64,000 nt of DNA. It comes from Narcine bancroftii (Eukaryota). The stretch spans positions 38,502,001 through 38,566,000 of the forward strand of contig NC_091480.1 of assembly GCF_036971445.1 (NCBI RefSeq). The letters are read 5' to 3'. A program made the position numbers and the translations under genes. The notes under the pieces were generated by a model. That model had not been told where the DNA came from, made no database searches, and saw only the letters and a program-made list of their open reading frames with translations. Below, one piece after another: positions 25,291 to 38,156 of the stretch (positions are counted from its first letter, which is position 1; every line of letters starts with the position of its first letter).

Positions 25291-25464
25291 AATTTTTAAA
25301 AAATTAAATCTCCTCTTAAGTGTACCTGAGCTTCTCAAAGTTTCAGTTTGACAAACAATGCAACCACAACATGGGGGACAAGAATTGAAGTATCTTGTTA
25401 GCGAAACTGCTGTGCCAATGTCTTCAACAGGGAGGAGCAACCAGTTTCTCATTTCCTTGGGTGC

Positions 25465-25670
25465 CAGAGTTAACGTAGCGGTTAGCGGAATGCTGTTACA
25501 GCGCCAGTGACAAGGATCTGAATCTGGTGCTGTTTGTAAGGAGTTTTTACGTTTTCCCCGTGACTGCATGGGTTTTCTCCAACCTTTTAAAATGTACCAG
25601 GGTTGTAGGTCAATTGGGTGTGATTGGGCAGCACGGGCTTGTGGGGCGGAAAGGCCTGCATGTCTAAAAT
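25465..25670 (+). mobile_element. V-SINE/HE1-like SINE
   Basis: tagcggttagcg A-box region plus partial V-core and 3' tail. Confidence 0.8.
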
Positions 25671-25774
25671 TTAAACATTTATATTGAAGCTACGTCTATC
25701 ATATGTCTGACAACTCACTAACTGAGAACAATTTTTCTTGTGCCTTATAGTTTTCCAAAGAAGGAAAAGAGTGA

Positions 25775-26190
25775 TGGGTTTGCACAGCATAGAAACAAGT
25801 TCTTTGGCCCACTGTGCCTGTGCCAACCATCATGCCTATCCATACTAATCCCTCTTGCCTGTATTAATTCCAGATCCCTCCAGGTACTGTTCATTCAAGT
25901 ATCTGTCCACTTGCTTAAAATGGTGTCACTGTTCCTGCCTCCACCAGGTCCTCTGGCAGTTCATTTCAGATTTGTCCTGCTTTAAGAGAAAAATTTGCCC
26001 CTCAGATACCTTTCAAACCACTTCCCTCTCACCTTAAACTAAAGCCCTCTTGTTTTACACACACGTAACAAGGAAAACAGACACGATCTACAGTCTAAGC
26101 CTCTCATCATTTTATATGTCTTTTATCATGTCACTTCTAAGCCTACTCCGTTCCAATGAAGAACGATCTGGCCTACCCGATCTCTCCTGA
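25775..26190 (-). mobile_element. Old CR1 3' fragment
   Basis: Collinear with the 3' part of CR1 22401-22800. Confidence 0.6.
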
Positions 26191-26941
26191 TAACTTAAAA
26201 TTTAACCTACTGTTTTCATTCCTGGAAACTCTTTTGATTTAATAAGCTTTTTGTCTGTTTATTCCTCCTGAAAATAAAAGTAGATGAAGCTGTGGTGATT
26301 TCAATATTGAAGCACGATGAGCAGAGACTATACTTCTGTGTAAGTCAGTTAAATTCAACCGACCCCTTCTATTAACATATGAACACCTGGTGCACATGGT
26401 ATAAAACATTCACCATTAATCATTTGTTTTGACTGCATGCAGTTGAAACTAGGTTAATTTCCTATTGTAGAAACTCATACATTCAAAGGGGGTCAGATTT
26501 GTTGGTGAAATTGCATGTAGATGGTCTATTTAAAAGACAAATCAGCCGCTTGTTACCTTGTTCCCTGCTGATGTTTTTTTTATGAACTTTGAAGACCAAT
26601 TCAGAATGGGGGACTACTTCAAAGTATCTTGCATACTGGTCGGCACACGAGCATTGGGTATTGAGTATCAGATCACGCAAGCTGTGTGAATATTATTGCC
26701 GTGGGGAGAGTATTTCTGCGCTGAGTTTGTCACTGCAGTTGAAACAGTCAGAATGCAGACCTTAACAAGATGACTTCATGCCCATTAACCCTACACTGCT
26801 CACTGGTCCCTAATCACAGGTTGTGCTTTCACTGGAAGCTCTTCTGACCTCTTTGCTGCAGAATACGTGGATGCTCCTCCTCACCTGCTTCACGAGGCTG
26901 TGTTGATTTGTCTATGAAGAAAGGGGCACAGTTCATATCAC

Positions 26942-27504
26942 TGTTGTGGGAAGGGAAAAATTCAGTGGGTTCAGAGAGCAACGATTCTAGGCACAGACTG
27001 AACGGAGGAGAATCTTTATTAAAACACACATAAGGGGATCACAACAGGGATAACACACACAAGTATTCTCAATAATAACCAAGGATTACAATACACTACC
27101 TGCCATTCCTTGTCTAATGTGGGCACGGCTCCAATGCTATCTAACAGCCCCGTTTCCTGTGTCGTGCACACCTTACCAATGACACCTCAAACATTCTCCA
27201 CAGTTCGTGACTGAGAGTGGAGCAAGGTTGGTCTCAGAGCTGAAAAGCACAGAGAAAGACCTACTGTATGTGGTGGACTTTATAGTACAGCAAGTTGGAG
27301 GGTCCATCCCAGGATATCATGAGGTGAGTAAAGAGGCCAATGGTCAGATGTGCACTTTAGCTGGGCAGAGTCCAACCTTGATCGGCGGGTGATGCAACTT
27401 GTGGTCAGGTTCCAGACGGAGAGGTCACGTGATCCTCCACAATCTATATTCCCACCAGGTTCCAGACGGAGGTCACATGACCCATTTACTAGTCATTTCC
27501 AACA
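26942..27504 (-). mobile_element. Solo LTR related to the ERV LTR at 32420-33208
   Basis: TGTTG...CAACA termini. Minus-strand TATAAA (about 27280) and AATAAA (about 27017). Shares cacaccttaccaatga and duplicated ggttccagacgg...ggtcac blocks with the 32420 LTR. No clean TSD. Confidence 0.75.
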
Positions 27505-27664
27505 GTGCTCCAGACACTTGCCCTTTTAGGACCTGGACCCTGACGTGAGCTCGGACCGAGCATTTGAAGTAGATATGCCAACACTGCAGTGCCACTCTGT
27601 GGTAACAGGCGAAATGAGGCATTGCAGGTATGAGGAGGCTCCCTGCGCAGCTCAGGTTGAATGT

Positions 27665-27830
27665 ATTTAGAGATACAACACACTAACAGCCCTTCAGGCC
27701 CACGAGGCAGCCTGCCCAAATACACCCATGTGACCAATGAACCTTCTAACCCCATACATCCCTGGAAAATGGGAGGAAAGGGGAGCACCTGGAGGAAACA
27801 CACATGGCCACAGGGAGAACACAGAACAAG
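27665..27830 (-). mobile_element. V-SINE/HE1-like SINE fragment
   Basis: Reverse V-core gggaggaaag...ggagcacctggaggaaacacacatgg. Confidence 0.75.
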
Positions 27831-28559
27831 TTTAATGTCCCTATTTCTAGAAGAATTAATTCCAGTCTATTACGAGCAACAAGAAAAAAAATCATCCATC
27901 TCCTTTATTTCCCACCTTTAATTTTACTGACTCAAATCTCTTATCCAGGACTAACAAATGGCAGTCTACTCTGAAAAGAGGAAAGAAAACTTTACTTTAG
28001 TCTTGATCATCATTGTCAAGCAACTGAAATAAATGACAACTAATCAGAAATTAGGTGGAATGCTCTCTCACAAATTGTGCAAATTTGAAAAGGGGTGTGA
28101 AAAATAGGCAATAGCTATGAGTTAGAGGTTTGCCTTTAGGTATTTCATACACATTTTTATTAAGCCAAAGCAGCTTTGGTCAATAGCAGCTCTGTAAGGA
28201 AGAGGGATAGATCCTACTTACACCATACGTTATTACTTGTGAACCATTAATTTATTTTTACAATGCTCTTGTGACATGGCGGCAGTAACGAGCCTTCAGC
28301 ACAGCACACACTTAGCCACAGCACTAATTATGCTACAATATAATTATGATGCCCTAACCAACTAGGGTTGACAAAGGTTACAAAAGTCAAGTCTGCACTG
28401 TTGCCATCGTCAATTTCTGCATGACTGCACACTCAGCAGAGAGGATGAATGGTCTATTTTAGGAAAACAGATAATAACTGAGGTCTGCAAAGAATAGCTA
28501 CAACGTGGTTTAATCATGTCATCAGTATTCTGATTTCCACTTAAAATTGTTCGTGGGCT

Positions 28560-29600
28560 GAGCTTTCACTGGCAAGCGCGATATTTATTGCTCATCGATA
28601 ATTGCCTTTAGAGAAGTGCAACAGTGAGCCGCATTATTGGAATCTACAGTGTTTTTGGTGAAGGTGCTCCCACAAGGCGGTGGACCAGGGAGTCCAAAAT
28701 TTAGAGCCAGCAACAATGAGGAGTGGCCTGGACGATGCCAGATAAGAAGTGGTGGTGCTCTCACCTAATGGTTGTTGGAGGAAATAACCACTCAGTCTAC
28801 TGAGTGGGTCATGATCAAGTTGGATGCTTTGTTCAGAAGTTGCCGAGCTTCTTCATTAAAATGTTACTTCTCCTGACAAGTGGAGATCATTCCTGACACA
28901 CCTTCTAGATGCTGAAAAGACTGACGAATCAGGGATGAATCACTCACCGCATCAGTGCTCTGCTCAGTGCTCATCGTAACCACATCTGCTTGGCTGGTCC
29001 TCAGCTAGTTAAGTGGTTGGGTGATTGCCAGATTGTTCATCATGAAAAGTCTCAGCAGTTGCAATGCTACTCAAGCTCAAGCTTAACCGTTTTCTCAGTC
29101 CTGCTGTATGCAGGCATAGCTTCACTTCCCAAGGATGATTCATTGGTATTGAACATTACACAAACATCTCCACTTAGGAAAGAAGTAAGGTTATTGATGA
29201 AGCTGCAAAAGATGATTGGGCTTGGGGCACTACTCTGAGAAACTCCTACAGTGATGTTCTGGGTCTCCAATAACCAAAATCATCTTTTTTTTTTGCATTG
29301 GGTATGATTCCAACTATTGGAGCGATTTCCCCTTGATTACCATTCGCTGGTTATCAAACAGGCTCCTTGACATAAGCTGCCAATTTAGCAATCAGTTCCT
29401 TTCTCTTAAGTTTGGATCAAGTTGAAAATCAGATCTAGAAAAGAGCAGCCCAGGTGACATCCAAATGAGACAGTGGTGAGTAGGTTATTGGTGAACATAT
29501 TATTGGTGAGAGTAACCAAGTGGGCTGTGATTAGTCTTTTGTGCATGGGCCATACAAGTACAACTTTCCCTATTGTTTAATAGATGTCAATAGCAGCAGT
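28560..29600 (-). mobile_element. Ancient CR1/L2-type LINE, highly degraded
   Basis: SVSQSSAPSPIIFCSFINNL resembles GVPQGSVLGPTIFSCFINDL. The 3' end is related to plus-strand fragments at about 34010-34250 and 41290-41780. Confidence 0.65.
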
Positions 29601-30564
29601 GAAATTATGCAGCCGCTAGGTGACCCCTGACTAATCTGTCATGTTTCCACACCAACCAATTTACCAGGCTTGAATGAGCTCTCCAAACAACACCCCCCCC
29701 CACCCCCCACCTAAACCAACAGGAGAAGAGTACCCTTCAAGCTGCTCCTCTTCCAGCCCTATGCTGATTGGTGCTGCCGGAGACTACAGATACGCACACA
29801 GCACCAGAACATTTACAATTTGAACAGGAAAATAAATAGCTGAAATCGATTGTTTTAATTTGCTTATCGTTCAATTATCTAGTTATCTTTTATCAAAAAC
29901 AGCAATGCTACAAATCCAGTCAGGCAGTATCGGCAGAGAGAGAACAGAATTGGAAACATTTGTTCCCAGATCACCAGGATTTTTCTTTCATATTTCCTGT
30001 TATTAATGCTCAATTGCTATTTAATATTCATTCCTATGCAGTCTCGACGCTTAAAAGTTACATAAAGACCATGTAACTCAAATAAATCAAGAGTTTCTTA
30101 TGCTGCTTCAGTTACCTGGCTGTTGGATATGTATTGCTCTCTCACCTGAGCTTCTTACTTCCAGGTAGCAGGGATTTGTGTTTAAAAGCTGATCTCAAAG
30201 AAATGTTTTGATGCAAAATTCAACAAACAAATATCCATTTTAACAAAAGCAAGCAAAGTACCTCTACAGATAACAGATTATTGTCACCAACTGGTTAGTT
30301 AGGCACAATATCAGCAGAATTGAAATATGTTAAGCACCCTGAGTACTCACAAAGTTCACACCACCACAGTCTGTAGCCTCATCCCAACACATGGTCATTA
30401 AACCCAGGTCAAGAAATGTCCAGAGCAAACACTAACTTAAAGTAAGGGACCAACTGCACAAATCATCAGCTAGGCTGCATGGTGACACTTACACATAACC
30501 TACGTTAAAGACTAAATTATACCTCAACCAATAAAGTTCTGTAGCCATTATCGCTTTTATTTTT

Positions 30565-30790
30565 ATGTTAGAGGTACAGCAGGGTAACAGGCTCTTCCAG
30601 CCCACAATCCCGCACTGCCTAATTGCACCCAAGTGACCAATTAACCAACTAACCCCATATGACTTTGGAAGGTGGGAGAAAACTGGATCACCCAGAGGAA
30701 GTCCACATGGTCACAGGGAGAATGCACAAACTTCTTACAATCAATGGAGGATTCAAACCTCAGTTGCTGGCGTTGTAATAGCTTGCACTA
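30565..30790 (-). mobile_element. V-SINE/HE1-like SINE
   Basis: Reverse V-core and B-box. Its 5' part is duplicated at 33214-33305. Confidence 0.8.
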
Positions 30791-30891
30791 ACAAATGGCA
30801 GTGGATGATCAGATAGCAAACTAAAGGAGGCATTTCTAAGAATTTTAGAGGACCAAGTATATCTAAGAAAGAACAGCCCTCAAGCCATCAC

Positions 30892-33208
30892 ATCGGGGAC
30901 TGCAGCGGTGGGTGGGTGGGTGCGATTTAGTTTAGTTTTCTGCAATCGATGGTCATGCACCATTTGCCATTTTTCTTTTGCACGGACCAGATCAAGCTAT
31001 TGAATGGTGAATCGGCAGGCAGATGACTCCTTCATGCAATAGTGTCTCAATAGATTTTGTTATCTTTGTTATATACTGTCAATTGCTGACTACCTTGCAG
31101 GGTGGGGGAACGACTATAGGCTTTTATTTGGCTGCCTGAACTACTGTGGTCACGCGGGCAATCCCGAAGGTGAACTTCCCCTTGTTGTAGGGATTGCCTC
31201 TTCAGCACATTCATGCCCAAGATACACTCAGGGCAGTCAGCATCCAAAGCAGGGACGGAGAGGGGTGCATCATTGCCTATAGATAGGCGGATGGTAACTT
31301 CTCTGCTGGGAGTATGGAGACCTGCAGTCCTCCCCAAACCACAGGATTGCTGGGGATGATAGTATGTTCATCCCCAGTGTCTACTAGGGCCATCAATGCT
31401 GTGTATACCTTTGCCCCAGTGTACAGCTACTGGGAAGTATGGCCTCGGGTAGCCCGGCCAGGGCAGGACTGTTGAGCATATCCGCTGGGTGCCCTGACCT
31501 CTATCCTATAGGAGGGGTGTGGATATCTGCCATCCCCGGGTGATGTTTCCTGCTGCTAGATATAGGCAAGTTCCTGTCACAGCAGGGTTCTCAGCTCTAC
31601 CCTAAGGAAGTCAGGGACCAATGTATGTGGGGAAAGAGCTGAGGAAGGTTTGTTCCAAATTGTGGGTGGGAACTTCAAGGCTCACCCTGCCCCCACCCCC
31701 CACCACCCCACCACCGCAATGCTCTTTCCAGAGTGTGTACAAACCGGAGGTGGAGATATCATGAATGTGAGCATGCTCCATGCCAGCGCGCAGCAACGCC
31801 AAAAACAACTCTTTACAGGTAAACTGGGGACCCTTGTCGCCTACCCATGTCCCGGCCTTGCAGACATGACTCGTTGTCCCCCGCTCCATGTGTTCTTGCC
31901 CTTCTAATAATCTAATGGTTTCCTGGACGGTCTTCCCGGTTGCTGGTCTGAGAGGCAGGATCACTGATTTTAGTCTGTCCCTCTCACCTCGAGATTGGTG
32001 GCTGGGGTTTGGCCAGCCTCTGCTGCCTCCTGCAGAGCACAGCAGTGCTGCTGGAGCACCTCCATCTCCCTAATTTTCTGGACACTCCCCAAATCTTTCC
32101 TTTCTAATGATCTCACACTGGTGTCTCAGGAGAGACGCTAGCAGCCAAAAGACACTCCTCTGAATCTCAACATCTTGAAGAGGGACACCACATGGTGACC
32201 CATTTTCTCACCACATGGGTCCAGGTGCTCGGACCAGTCCACTGGTTTGCCGTGACCCGCCAGCACTTTTTCACCAAGCTCCCAATCCCTGCACTATCAT
32301 CGGTCCTCCTGGAGATCCTATCCTCACTACCTGCACTAACACTCTTGCCCCAATTCTAAAAAATCTCCCCTGCAGCTGCGTTCAGTCGGAACTCAAAGGA
32401 CCTTGCTTACAGCACCAATTGTTATATATGTGAAATCAGTTTGATGTGTCCCAAGGGTAACGAGTCTGAACACAGCTGATTGAACAGTAGTTTTATTTAC
32501 ATGTATAGGGGAGTTGCAACAGGGCCAAAAGACCCCCACAAGCGGTACAGTTGGCGTAGCGGTTAGCGCAATGCCTTTACAGTGCCAGCGATCGGGATTG
32601 GAATTCAAATCCCACATTATTTATAAGAATTTTTTATGTTCTCCCTGTGACTGCCTGGGTTTTCCATGGGAAATCCGGTTTCCTCCCACCGTTCTTTAAA
32701 TGTACTGGGGATGTAGGTTAATTGGGAGTAAACTGGGCTGTACAGGCTCGAAGGCCAAAATGGCCTGTTACCAAACTATATGTCTAAATTTTTTAAAAAT
32801 TAAATTTAAATTAAAAAAACATGCACACACTCACCAGATTAAGTGATATACATTCATGTTACAACATACGATACTTGCCACCCCATGATATCTCTGGCAG
32901 GCACCGTTCTTATCTAACTGAACTAGGGACATTAGGCACACTGCACACACCTTACCAATGATCCTCCAGTGATGTCCATGGTTCCTAACCTGGAGTGGAG
33001 CTCAGGCTCATCCCTGAAGAAAAGAGGCAGGTAGTGAGCTTTATAATGTCATCAACTGGAGAGTCCAGCAATTAAAGGGGCCACTGACCAGGTGTGCGAT
33101 GAACCTGTCGATCAGGTTCCAGATGGAGAGGTCACATGGCCCTCCTTAATCCACAGTCCCACCAGTTTCCAGACGGGTGGGGGGTCTCATGACCCTCCTT
33201 AATCCACA
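30892..33208 (-). mobile_element. Class III (ERV-L/ERV-S-like) endogenous retrovirus fragment: 5' LTR, PBS, gag, pro, start of RT
   Basis: LTR 32420-33208 with TATAAA and AATAAA. PBS 32400-32417 TGGTGCTGTAAGCAAGGT. Gag remnant KELFLALLRAG...STSGLYTLWK. Protease RPYFPVAVHW...ALVDTGDEHTIIP...ECILGMNVL. RT start SPFNSLIWSVQKKNGKWCMTIDCRKLN. Confidence 0.85.
32543..32815 (+). mobile_element. V-SINE/HE1-like SINE inserted in the ERV LTR
   Basis: ggcgtagcggttagcgc head, V-core and AT-rich tail. Confidence 0.85.
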
Positions 33209-35389
33209 CCACTGAAACCCACATGGTCACAGGAAGAGTGGACAAACTTCTTACAGTCAATGGAGGATTTCAACCTCAGTTGCTGGCACTATAATAGCAT
33301 TGCATTAATAAATGGCAATGGATGATCAGATAGCAAACGAAAGCAGGCAGTTTCTAAGCATTTTGGAGGTCTAAGTATATCTAACTACCTTCAAGCCACT
33401 GTGTCATTTAATGTTCTATGTGTGGTCAAAATCTTATAATAAGAGCAGGATTTAGATATGTGGAAATCTAATCAACTCCCAGTTCTGTTTTTACCAAAAA
33501 AATTGAAATTGGCTCTGTGGCAAGATTGCTGTGTGATACATCAAGAGTCTTGATACATCTGCACGGGTGGGATCTAAGTCTTTGTTAAAATTTTAATATT
33601 AAAAAGATCCAATAAGATAAGCAGCTCTTGGATAAAATGAAAATTTAATGCACCCTGCATTGACCATCCTCTTGAAAATCTGCCCAATGGAATAAAGCAA
33701 TGTAACCTGAAACTCCTTTCTACCAATGCAAATTATGTTATTTAACTGGCTTGAATTAACAGGAAATAGAAATCATTAATCAGCAAATATCAATTTGATT
33801 TCCAGAAAGAAAGCACTGGAAAGCAAAAGACCATAAGTTATCAGGGTATCAAAGTTTATGGGGAGAAGGCAGGGAAGTGAGGCTGAGTGAGAGAATGTAT
33901 CAGCTCATGATGGAATGGCAGAGTAGACTCTACAGGCCAAATTATATTCGATAGGCCATATAGCCTACTTCTTCTCATACCTATGGCCTTATGGTCCAAT
34001 TTCATTTACAACCTCCACCAGTGAGGCCAAGGGACTGCAATTCTTCCAAGTAATCTCCCTTGTTGCTTGTAATTATGTATCACTGCTCGATCAAATTGTG
34101 GAAACTCCTTTCACAAGAGAACCAAGGGAGTTACCTCACCACAATATAGATTATTATAGAGGCTCAAGAAGAAAAGTCAGCGTCATCTTCTCAGGGGCTA
34201 TAAATCCCAATCTTGCCACAAATATTTGTATCATTAGGAATAAATAAAATATCACAAAATCTGCTCTGTGCGTGAATAGGCACACATCAGATTAAGTAAT
34301 TTCTGACATGACTTAATATTGTTCATTATTATTTAATAATCAATCATTGTGAAGATTGTTACTAATATAATATTAATATAAATAAAAATTAAACTAACAA
34401 CTTTGACATATATAAAGATTGTGAAATTTTATTTGAGATATCTCATTGTAATACATTTGTGATTAATTTCTTTATGGACGGAAGAAAACGATTTATCAGA
34501 GGAAACCTTTTAAAACATTTACAGTAATTGATGTTGCACTGATTTATAATTCAATAGACCCAAATGCAGATTACGAGCCAGCAAGAGCTTGTTCTGTACA
34601 GTTTAGTTTATTTGAAACATCTGGGTTGGAATCCTACCTCCTGGAAATGGACGCACTGCTAACCTTTCTGTTATTACTTAGTGCTGATTTTTCATGCAAT
34701 CTTTTACTGTGAAATCAAGATGTAATGTCCGTACTTGTGAATGTTAAGTGTTACCAGTGGATTAATGTTAAAACATCTAACGAAGTAATCCTAAGATTTG
34801 AAAAATATTTTCCATTGAATCAAGGTAGGTCCAAAATATTGTTTTCAACAAAACACAAAGACCCAGATCTGTTTGAATCTACAATAATTCCAGTTTTCTC
34901 CAAAGGATACATTTTATTGCAATGTGTTTAAAGATCAAGATAAAATCATTTTAACTTTGGTGATGTGCCCCTCAGATGAAGCGCCCCACACATTGCTCCT
35001 GAATCTTGTGTGCCATTGGCTTCTCCCCTTGTAAGATGGAATATTTAATTCAAGAACAGTCCCGGGGCATTATTTTAGCTGGAGCACATATCATGAGGTT
35101 AATCCCTTACTAATAGCATATCATTGCACTAGAATTGCAGATTGCATTTATATAGTACCTTTAATGAAATGTCAAACTAGATTTTGTGAAGTCTCTAGAA
35201 TGGAACTTCAATCCATTGCTCACTCATTCAGAGCAAGGCATGTAATGTTATTAAAATGCAGGCTGAACAATAAGTGTAATGCTCTATTAAAGGGAGTTCC
35301 TTTGCACAGTATAGGGACGCTTTTAGAAATTGCTGAAAAATGAGTCTCTATTCCCTGTTATTTAGAAGAAATATTAGAAGAAAAAAAGG

Positions 35390-35640
35390 GTGACATGGTT
35401 GGCATAACGGTTAGTGCAATGCCTTTACAGCGATTGGCAGACAGGAGTTCAAATCCTGCACCATCTGTAAGGAGTTTGCACATTCTCCCCATGTCTGCAT
35501 GGGTTTTCTCCAGGAATTCCGGTTTCCTTCCACCTCTCAAAATGTACCAGGGGTATAGGTTAATGGGGTGTAAATTGGGCAGCACAGACTCGTGGGTCAA
35601 AATGGCCTGTTACCGTGCTGTATGTCTACATTTTTTAAAA
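35390..35640 (+). mobile_element. V-SINE/HE1-like SINE, near full length
   Basis: A-box region, B-box agttcaaatcc, V-core ggagtttgcacattctccccatgtctgcatgggttttctcc. Confidence 0.88.
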
Positions 35641-35735
35641 TGAGGTGACCTCATTGAAACATCAAGATTTCCTGGAGAACTTGACTGATTTGATACTGAC
35701 AGGTTATTTTCCTCCCAGTCTGAGACTGTCTAGAA

Positions 35736-38156
35736 CATTCCATGCGTCAATTCTTTCATGCATGAGTTCAGATGTGCCATACAACTCTTGAACCCCCATT
35801 CAATTCTTGTAAAAATATGTTAATATAGAAATATTTAGCATTTTTACATGATATATTGATTGAACATAAAAACAAGATAAAGATTACTTTCCTTAATGAG
35901 TCTTTTGAGTCTGTTTTAATTTTGCCAAGCTTTTAATGTTTGGAGTTAAATTAGTTACTGAGAGCAGCAGAGAATTCTTCATATTTGAAATCAGTCAATC
36001 ATGACCTTGTTTTGTTTTTAATCAATTTCATGGCTGAAAACGCTTGTTCACATCTGTATATCGTTCTGAAACGACAGATATAACTCTGGGCAAATTTTCT
36101 TAGTTCTGGAAAATGTTCACAGGGTAATGATCGCCAGAAATTAAATCTGTCAGAAGCATTTGGGACTGAAGGAAGCTCATTAAATTTCATGTTCAATGAT
36201 GAATTTGTTTTCAAGTCAATACATTCCATTTGAATGTTACTAGGCACTGACTTTTGCAATAACCTGATTTTTTGAATATATTTTGTAAAATTGCCATTAT
36301 CTTCAGCACCTTCACTCTGCTCTTGTGCAGAAACTGGCTCAAATCCTCATTTTCTAACTGAGAGGTGAACAGTTTTAACTTCATCTTGAATGCATTGATA
36401 TCATTTACTAAAGCTAGGAAACAATTTGTTCTTGGCCTAGAGTTTAAAACTTAAATCATTGAGATGGCTAGTAACATCAACTAAAAATGCTGAATCAAAT
36501 AGCCAACTGTTATCACATAAAAAGGTTTTTTTTTTCCTCGGGCAGCTCATTTTTCTCTTCTAGAAAATTATGAACAGTATTTTTTTCAGTTTCCAAAATC
36601 TACTCAGAGCCTGTCCACTAAAAAGCCAGCACACTTCACAGTGAAAGATGAGATCACCATATTCTGAATCTAACATTTCAAAATATTCTCTGAATTCTCA
36701 TCTGTTTAATCCTCTTGCTCTAATTTTATTCATGCATTTCACAACCAGTAACATAACATGCTGCAAATTTAAAGTTTTCCCACACAGTGACTCTTGGTGT
36801 ATATAAATGCAATGATATTTTAATAGAGAACGACATAAAAAATTTTCAAGCAAACTGCCCAGCGGATTTACCTATCATTAATCGCGCTTCGTCAGTACAA
36901 ACACCAATGAGTTTACTAGAACCTAGTTGTAGATTTTCTAGGCATGATTTTTCTTTGTCAAATATGTCTGAGCCTTTTATTTATCCATGAAGTGACTCAA
37001 GATCGATAAGTTCTTCAAAAATACTAAAATTCTCATTATTTTGTCTTATAAAAATGCTGAACTGGTCTACATCACCATATGTCAGTAGATGCGTCCAAAG
37101 CTAAAGAAGAGAATGTACAAGCATGGACAAGGTCTTTCAGTCGCTCAGATATAGTGAGAGAATTCTTTGCTGCCTTTCGGAACTGTTTGCTTTGACAGAG
37201 CAATCTCGTTTACTTTCTTTTTGATATTTTCATCACCAAGACAACTTAAAAGTATTTGGAGTCAAGGCTTAACAATTTCTTCTCCATCAGAGACAAACTT
37301 CCATTTTTTGTCCAACGCTAAAGCAATTTCATAGGATGCTTCTGTTATCACCAAACTTTCACAACTTCTTTTAACCAATATATTTTGTCTTCTTTTGATT
37401 TCTTCCTTTTTCGTAATCACATATTCTTTCTGTAACTCAGACCCAAGCATTAGTTTCAGTTTTCCTTATATTTCAGTTTAATGTTGTGTTTTATAGTGTC
37501 TATTAAGATCATGTCTTCTATGATGTGAGAAAGTGATTTCACAAAGAATGGACAGACAGACCCACTATAAGTAAGAACTCATTTCCAATTGTTCAGTGAA
37601 TTCACGCTTACTGTCACTTTCTGCTTTTCTTTTGCTCATTTTCTTTTTCACTGTGATGGGGAACTGAATATCAAAACAAGGCTTCATTTTTGAAAAAGTA
37701 CAAAAGTGCAAATGCTCACAAAGAACGAACAAAGCACAACTCCGTGGCGCACAAGTGACAATCGTAAACTGACGGGTAAAAACATGTGACTCACTGCTGG
37801 TGCAGATGCCTGGCTCCTGAGGATCAAACGGGTATCAAATGTGTATTGAATAGTCATGGAACGACTGCTGAACAAAAATCCTTCTTTCCCAGTTTGACTC
37901 ATTGAACATTTTTTAAAATTGAAAACAGATTAATGTGAAAAAGATATTTGCCAAAAAATGTGCACAGATTAATAAAATAGCTAAAAATAATTGCTAAGTT
38001 TTAGATTTATTCTCAGTAAAACCCAGTTCTAGCTCTAAGCTACTTTAATTTCTGTTATAGATTTTTTTTCTCCAAATCGGTTTTTGGCTAATACTTATTA
38101 TCACTGAGAAGCAATGCATCATTTTTGGTGCATGTGCCATAGGTTGGCCATTCCTG
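35736..38156 (-). mobile_element. hAT (Buster group; SPIN/hAT1/GTF2IRD2-like) DNA transposon inserted in a CR1 3' end
   Basis: Right terminus reads CAGGAATGGCCAACCTATGGCAC on the minus strand; the left TIR is eroded. Imperfect 8-bp TSD gtctagaa / ctctagga. CR1 sequence lies on both sides (35641-35735, 38160-38400). Confidence 0.8.
35893..37639 (-). pseudogene. hAT transposase, about 580 codons, disrupted
   Basis: Starts MSKRKAESDSKREF. Motifs SDGEEIVKP, FSSLALDAST, CTDEA, HCEVCWL, FWRSLP...YRCEQAFSAMKLIK. Many stops and frameshifts. Confidence 0.88.

Noticed and set aside
26885-26940. 56-bp minus-strand exon with strong splice sites
   Set aside because: The acceptor is supplied by the LTR end, the peptide is unrecognised, and the phase is incompatible with the next candidate at about 26557-26681. 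LTR-driven non-coding splicing cannot be excluded.
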